Positions 49,916 through 61,484 of a stretch of DNA of 64,000 nucleotides are shown here, in pieces. Made by a program: the position numbers and the translations under genes. The number at the start of each line of letters is the position of its first letter. The stretch's first letter is position 1. Origin of the DNA: Cirrosporium novae-zelandiae (taxonomy: Eukaryota); contig JAPETS010000017.1 in assembly GCA_026023565.1 (NCBI GenBank), positions 62,001-126,000 on the forward strand. The letters are read 5' to 3'. The notes under the pieces are model-generated. The model saw only the letters and a list, made by a program, of their open reading frames with translations. It had not been told where the DNA came from and searched no databases.

Positions 49916-49953
49916 CCAATGAGCGGGGATGTGATTACCAGCTCCGAGGCCGG
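49916..49953 (+). promoter_or_regulatory. CBC:HapX bipartite motif and Leu3/LeuB site in the ILV3 promoter
   Basis: CCAAT-N12-GAT at 49916-49935 (CSAATN12RWT) and CCG-AGGC-CGG at 49944-49953 (CCGN4CGG). Confidence 0.65.
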
Positions 49954-50114
49954 AGTAACGTCAGCCTTATGAGGCATCCCCAGCTTCCCAGTCATAATAT
50001 TTCTTTCTAAGCTTCTACTTGGTCATCTAAAATCTTCAAGGGTTTTATCTTCGTTTCTGGGTTTATAGGAGGAGGTCAATTGATTGTGGCATATATCTGT
50101 GGCAGTCTGCAACC

Positions 50115-52171
50115 ATGTTGCAATCCAGAATGCGAGCTCTTCGAGCTGCGCAGACTGTCAATTATTCCTTGAGATCAACCGTCTCATCATCGTGAGCTAC
50201 AGACCCAAGTACTTCTAATCTATACATGTCTAAACAACTCTAATGTATTCTCAGACGGTTCTTTTCGACCTCTAGACCATCAAGAAAACCCAGCGACTCC
50301 CAGAATGACTCCGAACCCAAGCTCAATGCGACGAGTTCCCATATCACCCAACCCAAGTCCCAAGGTGCCTCCCAGGCCATGCTTTACGCAACCGGGCTGA
50401 AGCCATCCGACATGAGCAAAGCCCAGGTAGGAATATCGTCGGTCTGGTATACGGGCAACCCATGCAACATGCATCTGCTCCAACTTTCCAACGTCGTAAA
50501 AGAAGGCGTTGCTAATGCAGGTCTGATTCCATACCAATTCAACACTATAGGCGTTAGCGACGGCATTAGCATGGGCACAAAAGGAATGCGATATTCTCTA
50601 CAATCCCGAGAAATTATTGCAGACAGCATCGAAACCGTCATGCAGGGCCAGTGGTACGACGGCAACATCTCCCTACCCGGCTGCGACAAGAACATGCCTG
50701 GAGTCGTAATGGGTATGGGCCGAGTCAACCGACCTTCCCTGATGGTCTATGGCGGCACCATCGAACCCGGCTGCGCAAAGACGCAGAACAACGCTCCCAT
50801 TGATATTGTCTCGGCCTTCCAAGCCTATGGCCAATTCATTACGGGAGAAATAAACGAAGACCAGCGCTTTGATATCATCCGACACGCCTGCCCGGGAAGC
50901 GGAGCCTGTGGCGGAATGTCTGTAGCCCCTCACCCTCCAACCCCAATAGCTTAAAACTAAATATCCACCTGCAGGTACACCGCCAATACCATGGCTACAG
51001 CGATAGAAACCATGGGCTTGACCCTCCCAGGCTCCTCCTCCAACCCCGCGGTCTCCAAAGCCAAACAGCTCGAATGCCTTGCTGCGGGCGGCGCGATCAA
51101 AAATCTCCTAAAAGAAGACATCCGCCCGCGGGACATCCTCACCCGCGAGGCCTTTGAGGATGCCATGACTGTCGTCAACATCACAGGCGGCTCCACAAAC
51201 GCCGTGCTGCACCTGATCGCCATCGCCGACTCCATCGGCATGAAACTCACCCTCGAAGACTTCCAGGCAAACACCGACCGCACCCCATTCCTAGCGGACC
51301 TGAAGCCCTCTGGAAAATACGTAATGGCAGACCTCTACACTATCGGTGGAACACCCGCCCTCCTCAAATTCCTCGTGGGCGAAGGCCTCATAAAAGGAAA
51401 CCGCATAACCGTGACAGGCAAAACGCTCGCACAAAACGTCGAAAAAGTTCCCTCCTTCCCAGATTCCCAAAAGATAATCCGCCCCCTCTCAAACCCCATC
51501 AAGCAAACAGGCCACCTGCGAATCCTCTACGGGTCCCTCGCCCCCGGAGGCTCTGTCGGGAAAATCACCGGAAAAGAAGGCACGAAATTTACCGGCAAAG
51601 CGCGCGTCTTCGACGACGAGGACCATTTCATCGAGGCGCTGGAACGCAAGGAAATTAAAAAGGATGAGAAAACCGTCATCATCATTCGGTACGAGGGTCC
51701 GAAAGGCGGGCCGGGTATGCCCGAGATGCTGAAACCGTCTTCAGCGCTTATCGGATCAGGACTGGCAAAGTCGGTGGCCCTACTGACGGATGGCCGATTT
51801 AGCGGCGGGTCGCACGGATTTTTGATCGGGCATATTGTGCCGGAGGCGATGGAGGGGGGCCCGATCGCGCTGGTGCATGATGGAGATGAGATCAGTATTG
51901 ATTCCGAGGCGAGGAGGGTAGATCTGCATGTCGAGGAGAGCGAGATGGCGGAGCGGAGACGGAATTGGAAGGCCCCGGAATCCAAGGTCAAGAGGGGGAC
52001 GTTGAGAAAATACGCAAAGTAAGCGAACCACCCTCTACTTTCTAACCCCCTTTTCCTCCGCAAAAGCAAAAGCAAATATATTTGTCATGACGCACGCACG
52101 CACACATGCAGCTAATATTCCCTCACAGGTTGGTACAAGATGCAAGTCACGGCTGCATTACAGACGCCTAG
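50115..52171 (+). CDS. ILV3: Mitochondrial dihydroxy-acid dehydratase
   Basis: [57 protein letters not shown]. Introns 50192-50254, 50918-50974 and 52019-52128. Confidence 0.97.
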
Positions 52172-52399
52172 GCGCCTCCCCAAAAAAAAGAAAATTGTAA
52201 CGATATAGCTTTTTCCCCAATTACGATTTTTTTATATGAACATGAATTGATATATCAAAAAAGGAGTTTTTTTGTTCCATTTCATTTAGCCAAAAAAGAA
52301 AAAACAATCGACTTCCAGATTCCATACAGTAGTCCTAAAGCCTAAAACGAATAATCTAGAAAAAGGAAGGAAGGGAGAATATTTATAATACTCTCACTC

Positions 52400-53530
52400 A
52401 TCCCAAACCCCAAATCCACCTTATTCATCCATCCATCCACCCCACTCCACCCCACCCCATCCATAACTACAGCTACAAATCAATTTCCTAATTCCCTCAC
52501 AACACAACACTAACACCACTCCACTCCGAACAGAAAGAAACCTCCCCACCCCATCATTCCACAATGACCAACACCCACCCCCCCCTTTTTTTTTTTCCTA
52601 ATTCCTCATCTCATGCCATACCCTCCTCATATATATATGGGTTATTTATATATATGAATAAATAATTTGGAATTTTGGAATTGGGAAAGGGGAGGGGGGG
52701 GGGGGGGTTATGTTATGTTTGTGTGTATGTATGTTGCTAGATCTAGATATATATTTTCTTAGATATATTCCTAATGAAGAATGAAGAAGAAGCAAATTCC
52801 AAATTCTAAAACCAATATCTATCATCACTTACTCCCATACTCATATATTCCCTTCTCACATTCCCACATTCCCATATCAATAATACAGGATAATCAATGC
52901 AATCCAGTAAAATGCCCTACCTACCTACCTACTTTGGCTTACCCCCCCCTCTTTTTTTTTCTTCCCCTTTTCCGATTTTTCTAAATCCAATACCAATAGC
53001 AAAAAAAAAAAAAAGGGAGATTAGTTTCGTTCTGGGATATTAGATAAAACTAGATATTTAGATATATATGGGAAAAAAGAGAGGGATGGTGATGGTGATG
53101 GTGATGGTGATGGTGGTGAGATGTGTGGTTTTTATATAGATAGATACGGAGGTTGGACTAATTTGGTTGGTTGGTTAGTTTGCTGGTTGGAGTTGGGGTT
53201 GGGGTTGGGGTTGGGGGGTATTTTGGTATCGAGGATAAGTCATTATTATTAGGTTCTGGATTGGATTGCGTTGGAAGAAGGGGCTTAAAGTAGGAGGAGG
53301 AGGAGGAGGAAAGGGATGCGAAAAATCAAATCATGGTTAGGTAGGTAGGTAGGTAGGTAGGTATTAGATTTCCCTCTCTCTCTCTCTCTCTCTCTCTACT
53401 AATCTATCATTTATTTTAATTTCAGGAGGGAGCGGAGCGGAAATACAAGTACCTCATCCATCCTTAACATTCCATAAATCTAATCCAACCCGACTATCCC
53501 ATTCATTCATTCATCCACCCATCCACCCCT
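52400..53530. repeat. Microsatellite/low-complexity intergenic block
   Basis: (GGTGAT)n, (TTGGGG)n, (GGA)n, (AGGT)n, (CT)n and homopolymer runs between the convergent ILV3 and peptidase 3' ends. Confidence 0.85.
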
Positions 53531-55730
53531 CACCCCAAATGAAAATCATAAAACCTCCTCACCCTCCTCAACATATCCAAAATATGCAACCTCTCTACCA
53601 CATGATGGCCCTCGCGCGGATACGTCACCATCTCGCATGGGATCCCATGATGCAAACACCCGCGATGGAATGCCGTTGCCTGGGACAAGGGGACACGAAC
53701 GTCGTCTTCGCCGTGGAGGATTAGGATTGGGGTTTTGTTGTTATTGTTGTTGTTTTTGGAGGGTTTCATGTGCCATATCGCACTACCGTGTCGAGATTTT
53801 TTTCCAGATTTGGAGTCTGCGCCCCAGGGTGTGTTACCCGCCAGCTCGGCTTCGAAGAGATAGAAGTCTGAGGTCATGACCATCATGTCCCATTCCGTGA
53901 CGCCGGCGCCGCAGACCGCGGCCTTGAAGTGGAAGGAGGTTGGACGGGTGACGGAGAGGTAGGATAGGAACCCTCCCTGGGACCAGCCGCCGATGGCGAC
54001 TTTTGTTCCGTCGATCAGACCCCTCTCGATTCCCTCTGTCAGGGTGGCGATTATGTCGTCGTAGTCTTTGGTTCCCATGGCGCCGCGGGCCGCGCTGGCG
54101 AATTTCTCGCCGTGCGAGCTGCCGCCTCGGTAGTTGGGGGCTAGGATCGCGTAGCCGGCTGAGAGGAGGTAGGGAGACCAGGCGTAGATGGGTAGGTTGA
54201 AGCAGAAGGTGCTGCGGAAGTATGGCCCGCCGTGGATGAGGACGATGGTTGGGTAGGGTTTGGTGTAGGGGGATTTGGCGGGGAGGTGGAGGATTCCGTC
54301 GAGGGAGGTGCCGTCGGAGGATTTGCAGTAGATGGGTTGGGAGGTGCTGAGGTTGAGGGCGGAGATTGAGAGACCTGGGAGGTGAGGATTTTGTTAGTTT
54401 GTTTCAAGGGGTTATGTTTATTCGGAGGCCCTCCTTTCTCAGCAACGGGGCAGAATTATTATTTTTATTTTTTACAGCTTCTGACTACGTTGGAGGGATG
54501 CACTGGGAGATCTAAGTGAGGGCTCTGGGTGGAAGCTACCAGTCTCCAACTCGGAATCCCTCGTATGTAAAAACATAAAGATCGCTTACCATGTTGAGAT
54601 AGTTGAACCATCTTGCCATTTGATATAGAATAGATCTCATCCGGACAGGAGCTGGAGCTTTTGCTTAGCACTATAACAGGCTGGTCATTTCTAGCGAGAT
54701 TGACATCCCAGGTCGCAATCTCGTGCAATCCGTCATACAAAATGGAGTCCTTCAATAGGTGAAGTTGGTCTCGAAGCCCCGATTGAACCAGTACCGCAAC
54801 ACAGCCACACGTCAAGCGAAGGTCCGTTGCGCAATCTTTCATGCCGTGGGCATCCCGATACCAGGTGGAGTCGTTTGTTGAAATCCCGTAGACCATATAG
54901 GAAGTGTTCGATTTTCCTGGAGCCGCTCCAGCTAGGAATGATAAATTTGTTCCGCACCAGATCAACTTCGCAGCTGGGCCTGGAAATTCGCAGACGAGGA
55001 GCTCGTTTTGGTTAGAACCTTCCCCCATGGAACTCGCGATAGAAATGCGTTCAAATCTGACCCCAGATTCTATGGAAGAATTTATATCGGGTGTTTGGTG
55101 TAGAATATAGGCAATCTCTGTGGAATCCTCGCTCCACGTAAATGAAGCGACATGGGCGGTCTTGGAAATCAGGGTAGACAGTTGGCGGGTTGGCACGTGG
55201 AGACATCGCAAACGATTAAACTCCCAGTGTTCGCCATATACCTGTGCGTCATCCTTTTGTTTTTCTTTGGCTTCTTGTTCTGCGGTTTTCTCGTCGGGGC
55301 TGGTAAAGGCAATGAATTTCCCATTAGGACTCCATACAACAGAAGATATTTGTTTTTTGTTAGAGGGGGTAGTAATAGCATAGGCCTCGCCCCCGCCTGA
55401 TATTGGAAGGATATAGATCGCGCAAGACTCGCCCGCCTCAGCTCTGTCTGATAGAAAAGCTATTGATTCTCCTGTAGGGGACCACCGAGCATGACGATCG
55501 TTGAAGAGACCGGATGTCAATTGTCGAGCCGAGTGCTCTTTTCCCACCTCGGCAATCCATATAGAAGAGATGTCGTGTTTTCCACTTCTGGTGAACGGAC
55601 TTAATGTATACACAGCCTGATTTCCGGAAGGCGAGAGTCGGACATCAGTTGGGACCATAAGATCCACCAGGGCTTCAGCAGTTAATTCTTGGGGTTGGTT
55701 ATTCAAAGACGGGGCCATGTCAATTCTCAT
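53530..55730 (-). CDS. S9 family serine peptidase (acylaminoacyl/dipeptidyl peptidase-like) with PD40 beta-propeller
   Basis: WSP repeats, IHGGP, PNYRGG, nucleophile GWSQGG, HGEDDVRVP and EGH triad. One intron 54375-54589. Confidence 0.9.
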
Positions 55731-56052
55731 GATCTAGAGGTTACTCGATCAGATGGTCAAGCATATTTCCTTAGTTGTCTGTAAAGATGGGTATTGAGTA
55801 CAGTTCCAAGGATAGATTTGCTAAACACCTAGATGATGCAGAGAAGAGGATTGACAGCCAATTAATTATATATTGATCCAAAAGCCATCTCTTTATCCTT
55901 GAATCCTAGGCTACCATTGTCGGTCCAGCAACGATGACTAGTGACAAGGCGAAACAACAAACGTAAACTTGACAGGGGAGGAGTGGCAACACACACTGCC
56001 GCAGCCTATGCAGAGATAAAGGAGTGGTACATTTATCTTGAAACTCTAGATA

Positions 56053-56176
56053 CAGTTGTCCAGGTTATTTATCAGGCAGCAAACTATAGTCCTGCAAGCC
56101 TCGAAGTTGTTTTCTAGATGTGAGGAGGTGGATGTGGACAATTTCAGGGAGTTATTCTATGGTCAGCTGGACACTG
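56053..56176. mobile_element. Possible Tc1/mariner-type MITE remnant
   Basis: TA-CAGTTGTCCAG ... CTGGACACTG-TA: an imperfect 10-11 bp inverted repeat starting CAGT, flanked by TA on both sides. Confidence 0.3.
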
Positions 56177-56621
56177 TAGACACACCTCATTAATAATCAT
56201 CCTTTATTTGCACCCCCTTTCATAGCCTTGACACGCCTGAGCAGTTCCCTCGATTTACTCTTCATTCAATTATCCGCCAACTTTCTTTTCCTTGTCCCTA
56301 GCTACGTTTTCCTTCCTTTTTCTTTAGATTAGATTTCTTATGTATACGAGTATGTCTGTTTTCACTCGACCATCTTCGCTGTAGAGCAGTAAATAAGGTA
56401 CATATAATCCCTTTAATGAAGCAATCGTTACAATGCTGAGGGAGATATCATTATCATCATCGTCATCATAACAGTCATAACCCGAGCAATGGCTGAGTAA
56501 GAAAAAACATACAAAGAGGTATAAATATGATTATAAAAGGAAGAAGAAAGGAAACGACATCGTCCAGCAATGCCACATAACTTTCTTTCTTCTAGGTTAA
56601 AGCCAACCATTGTTGCTGCTG

Positions 56622-58537
56622 TCAATTCTCGCTAGTCATGGCCTTGGTCGCCAAAACCTTCACGCGTTTGATATACCATTTCATCATATGACGGACCGGA
56701 TCTCCGAATACGACACCTCTGAGCTGCTGATCCGTTGTATGGAATGCACGGATGTTCTTTTCATCTTTGTATGCGCGAAGGAGTACGAGGCTTCCGGCAT
56801 TACAAAGCGTAGAAGGAGGTACGCGCCAGATTGGAGGATTCGAGTTTGTCCTAGTTCTCAAAGGTCGCGAATTCACCATACCATCATCTGAAGACGTGAG
56901 TTGGGGTTGCGAGGAGTTTGCAAATCGGGCATGTTTGCCTCGCCTTCTTACCCACTGGTTATTCGAGGAGACTCGAGGTGCAGGAATGCATGGCCGGATT
57001 GGTGCAGGAGACGCAAAAAGTTGCAAAAGGGAGCGGACATAGGCCGGCTCGGCACGAACCACCGGATCGCCTTCGTTTATGATCGAGTAAAAATGAGACT
57101 TTCGCCAACGATGGGTGCGGGGTTTAGCGAGAGGAAGCAGAGAGAGTGGTGGTGCGCCAAAAGTGATGCAGTGAATATTTTTGAAGCCTGTGGAGAACAT
57201 TAGGATTCATCCACATCCCGGAAATTGGCGCTGGAAACCATGACTTACGCTTGGCAAGTGTATTAAGTTCTGACTGAACATTTTCCGCGAACATGTGTGC
57301 ATACAAAAGACAGGCGATTGCACCACCAGCAGAATGTCCAGTAATAAGAAGTGATGAGCGAGCTCGAGAAGGCTTTTCTGCAAGCAATTCTTTAATCCGA
57401 GCAGCCACGACTTGAGCCATTCTACGAGCGCATGCAAGAAATCCAGAATGGCACAAATTTCCTTCATCATCCTACTAACTATTAGCGTCAAGACGATCAG
57501 AATAAGACCATAAGACCTTACCAGGAAACCTGACGGGGAGGCTGGTTCCGTGTTGAAGTTCACCGCCCAATCCATAATAGTCTGAGTCCCTTGAATGGCA
57601 AAAACAATAATCTTTTCCTTGTCTACACGCCCTTCTACTGTCTTGATGATCATCGACTTCGTGCCCGTCCTCCAATCACCAGCAACATACTCAGTTCCCC
57701 TGGGCTTATCGTAGATTCGTTGCGAATAGTCGGCAGCAAGACAAAAAAGCTTGTAGGAACGTAAATGCCTGTTTTAATATAAGAAACAATTGAACACTAA
57801 GAATCAAATGATATTGGAGTAGATTATAGTCAAAAGAAGTCGGGCTACTCTTACAAATTCAAGGGAGGTAAATCATCAGGTAGGCGTGAGTTAGCATAAA
57901 GATTGACTTTTGAGAAATGGTTTGTAGCTTTAGGTGCTGAGCTCGTACTATTAGGAGCATCGGCTAATACTCCTCTTGTCCTCGGTCGATGGTGATCATG
58001 AGCATCCAGAACGGGAGGAGGCGGATACACGACTTCGAAGCAATTAGTACATGGTTCATAGACCACAAAGAACAACTTACATAGCTCCCGTTCGTCGCCG
58101 CTAAACTTGTTTGCATCGATAGAGCTTATAACTGCGTTGAATTTGGACGAAATCAAGTTTTGCAACGAAGGCTCAAGATTATCCGGATTCTGTTGCCAGT
58201 CGTTGGGACCATTATTGATAATTACGACAGGATTATTCATTGATACTGCAAGGTTTGTATATGATTGCCATGTTCGGTCGTGATGAGCAGGGCCATGTGG
58301 ATAAGGTGTGTCGTGATATGGTGTATAGGGCTGAGGGGCTGAGGCAAGAGTCCACTGTGTAAATGGTGGACGATGAGAGAGGTCTTGATTGAATGAAGGT
58401 GGGACGGGATTGAATGAAGGGAATTGAGCTGGGGGTTCACTATTGAAAGGGCCATCGAAATCGGAATCGGAATCATAATCAGGAACGGACTTTAAATCAT
58501 GCTTCTTCTTTGCTTTGGATCGACGAAACCAGCCCAT
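56622..58537 (-). CDS. Lipase class 3 family protein
   Basis: FAIQGT, CHSGFL, ITGHSAGG nucleophile elbow, CITFGAPP, NEGDPV. Four introns (58033-58080, 57769-57854, about 57472-57521, about 57200-57248). Confidence 0.88.
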
Positions 58538-59410
58538 GGTGAATCAATAGACGTAAAGACGAGTGAACCCCGTTTTCACGAGTATATTGAAAGCTAGGAA
58601 CATTGAAATACAACAATACCAGAAGAAAGGAGAGAGGAGAGGGGGGATATAGCAGAGGATGTAACTAAGGTAAGGTCCCCTGGAGATATATTAACGAGTA
58701 GCCTAACAGGGCGGTACAAACCATGATGATTCGATACATGGATTGAATCCTACTTGTTACTAAATTACTACATGTAGCACAAAGGAAAGACGAGAAAGCC
58801 TTGGGCGGCAGGAAGGTTGAAAAGTTGTAGGTCCACTGAAATGTCGTCTCCAGGATTCACCAGGGTTTCGAGGTTCCCAAATTTAGGGCGTCACGAAACG
58901 AATTCCTTGTCAAATTCCGTGAGGACTTGTCTGTGCCGTGTCTCCTCAGATGCATTGGATAGGACAAGATGATGGTTCCTCAAACCATTTGCAAGGCGAT
59001 AAGATATCGATAGTTAGTAATTAATGCATCATGCTAAAGAACAGGCGTCCACGGGGTTCATGGGGTCGATTTGCTGAATTATACGGATGACTCCCCCCGA
59101 GACCCCCGAGAATGTTTGTTTCCTTCACAGCCCCCCACCGCCCATTGCCCATTGCCCATTCCCTCCACGCTTTTTGTCCCGTAACTAAGGTAATAAATCT
59201 AAACCCTTGACAAAAAAAGAGAGAGAAAAAAAGAAAAGAAAAAACAAAAATAAAGAAAAAAAATAACCCTATCGGAAATCCTTTTCTCCCCCTCTTTTCC
59301 TTCCAATCAATCATATCTCCACATACCCACAAACCCACAACCCACAACCCCCCCCAGCTCTCCGCACGCGCTTCACATTACATTTAATCCATAAAAGGCT
59401 ATTATTTGCA

Positions 59411-60341
59411 ATGGAGGTGACAGTCGGTGTGCTTGCACTGCAAGGCGCTTTCAAAGAACATTTGCTTCTTCTTCATCTTGCTGCTGCTTGCCTCGCTTCC
59501 AAAAATGGTGCTGATGACGCACAGTACATATTTACCCAAGTTCGGACTCCCAGTCAGCTTGATACTTGTGATGCCCTTATCATACCTGGTGGTGAAAGTA
59601 CAACCATGGCCTTAGTCGCTGCGAGATCGAACTTATTAGAACCTTTGCGACAGTTTGTCAAGTATGCATACTGCACCCTGAATTTTCAGAATGTTTTCGT
59701 TACACTACCAAAGCTGAGACACCATTTTTTTTTACCATAGGGGATACCGAAAACCAACCTGGGGGACTTGTGCAGGGCTCATTCTCCTCGCAGAGTCCGC
59801 AAACCGCACAAAAAAAGGTGGCCAAGATCTAATTGGTGGTCTCGATGTTCGAGTCAATCGAAACCATTTTGGCAGGCAAACAGAAAGCTTCCAGGCCCAT
59901 CTTGACTTGCCTTTCCTAGCATCACCTCATGTAAATCCTTCAGACACAAACACTACATTCCATGGCATATTCATTCGCGCCCCTATAGTGGAGAAAATAT
60001 TACCATGGCATGCGGGCGTACAGACAGAAGAAGAGAAGTCGGAGGCAACCATAGTAGCTCCATCGCAAAAGGCCGACGGTGAGGCGGCAGAAGCAGCTGT
60101 GGAACACCAGGTCGAAATTTTGGCGAAGCTGCCAGGCAGAACCTCTGCTTTCTCTGCAGATCATGTAGACATAGCAGACAAAGAAGCAGGAGACATTATA
60201 GCCGTACGACAAGGAAATGTTTTTGGAACCAGCTTTCATCCTGAACTGACTAGCGATCCAAGAATTCATGTTTGGTGGTTAGAGCAGGTTCGGACTGCTG
60301 TTGAAAAAAGAAGACATATAGAACAAAAGGCACATCAATGA
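59411..60341 (+). CDS. SNO1: Pyridoxal 5'-phosphate synthase glutaminase subunit (Pdx2/pyroB)
   Basis: GVLALQGAF, IIPGGESTT, WGTCAG, FIRAP, FHPE. Intron 59662-59740. A TGACTC (Gcn4/CpcA-type) site lies at 59088-59093 upstream. Confidence 0.96.
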
Positions 60342-60451
60342 CGCGTGTCGCGTCTTGACGAGACCCCTACTATAGATGAGATCCATGAAATCAATCAATT
60401 TGACTGATAAACCTGACGCCATATCCTAGGGTATTGTACCTAAACCGTCCT

Positions 60452-61238
60452 CTACCTACCTCTGCCATACTCTTCTTCTTCCTTAATCCGTTGCTCGTGC
60501 ATCGCTCGTCCATAGCCACCTCGTCCTGGATCAAATTCATCTCTGTATTCATCACGCACCTGTCCACCAGATTTCCCGCGCCTTTAAAGATCATGTTAGC
60601 GCCATCCTTAAAGGGAATAGGGAGAGAACGTACCCATATTGACGACCCTCTTGGAATCCAGGATCTAAATCTGTCCGTATTATCCGTTCATCAAGCTTGG
60701 TCCCTCCAATATATTTCATACAGTCAAGAGCATCCTGATGCGTGTAGTACTCAACAAAACAAAACCCGCAGGGCGTTTTATTAAATCGGTCCAGTCCCAT
60801 TACCAGTCTCTTGATCTCTCCACATCTGTTTCCAGTATGTTAGCCGATTTCACTAGATAAGCAATAGGATTAGAAGCTCACTTGGCAAAAAGCTCATGGA
60901 TTTGCTCTTCCGTTGTGTAGAACGAACTGTAAATCTTAGTCCATACTCCAGCGAAATTGAAACTTTGCAAGACCAACAGATTTCCAACGTAGAGGGTTGT
61001 AGCATCTTTCAAAGGGTCATCCTCTTCCTCTATCTTCTGGTCATAGACATCCCGACCTATAGGGTCCTCTCGGTCTCTATCCAGTTTGCGTTTCTTATTC
61101 TGAATCGGGATAAATGTTAGTTCATGAGGAGCTTAAATAAAGATGAGTCAAGAATCGAGGAGTGAAACATACTCTTCCAAGATAATAAGAACTTGGCTTA
61201 TCAAGCCGGTCGACCGTACTTCGCATGAGTGCAGGCAT
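60452..61238 (-). CDS. CBC2: Nuclear cap-binding protein subunit 2 (CBP20)
   Basis: [39 protein letters not shown] and [10 protein letters not shown], spread across several short exons. Confidence 0.95.
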
Positions 61239-61484
61239 GTTTGATGTTGTTGAAGGGTCAATCAATCAAAGGTTGCTATGCTCGCAGCTCCATGAAGCTT
61301 ACAGGGACCTTTAAAGTTGGCGGCAGAGAACCACGCTAGTGAAGCTCCCCCAAGCAACGTATAGTAGCGATCGAAGGGAGTTCTGCCTTTTCACCATCAC
61401 ATTCTAGAATTTCTTTTTCGGACATACAAATTAGTTCCATGATTATACCCACGAGCTTGAAACGATATCAGACAACACCTCACC

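Noticed and set aside
53192..53218. (TTGGGG)n as an interstitial telomere
   Set aside because: Only about 4 units, not the TTAGGG typical of these fungi, and it sits among many other microsatellites.
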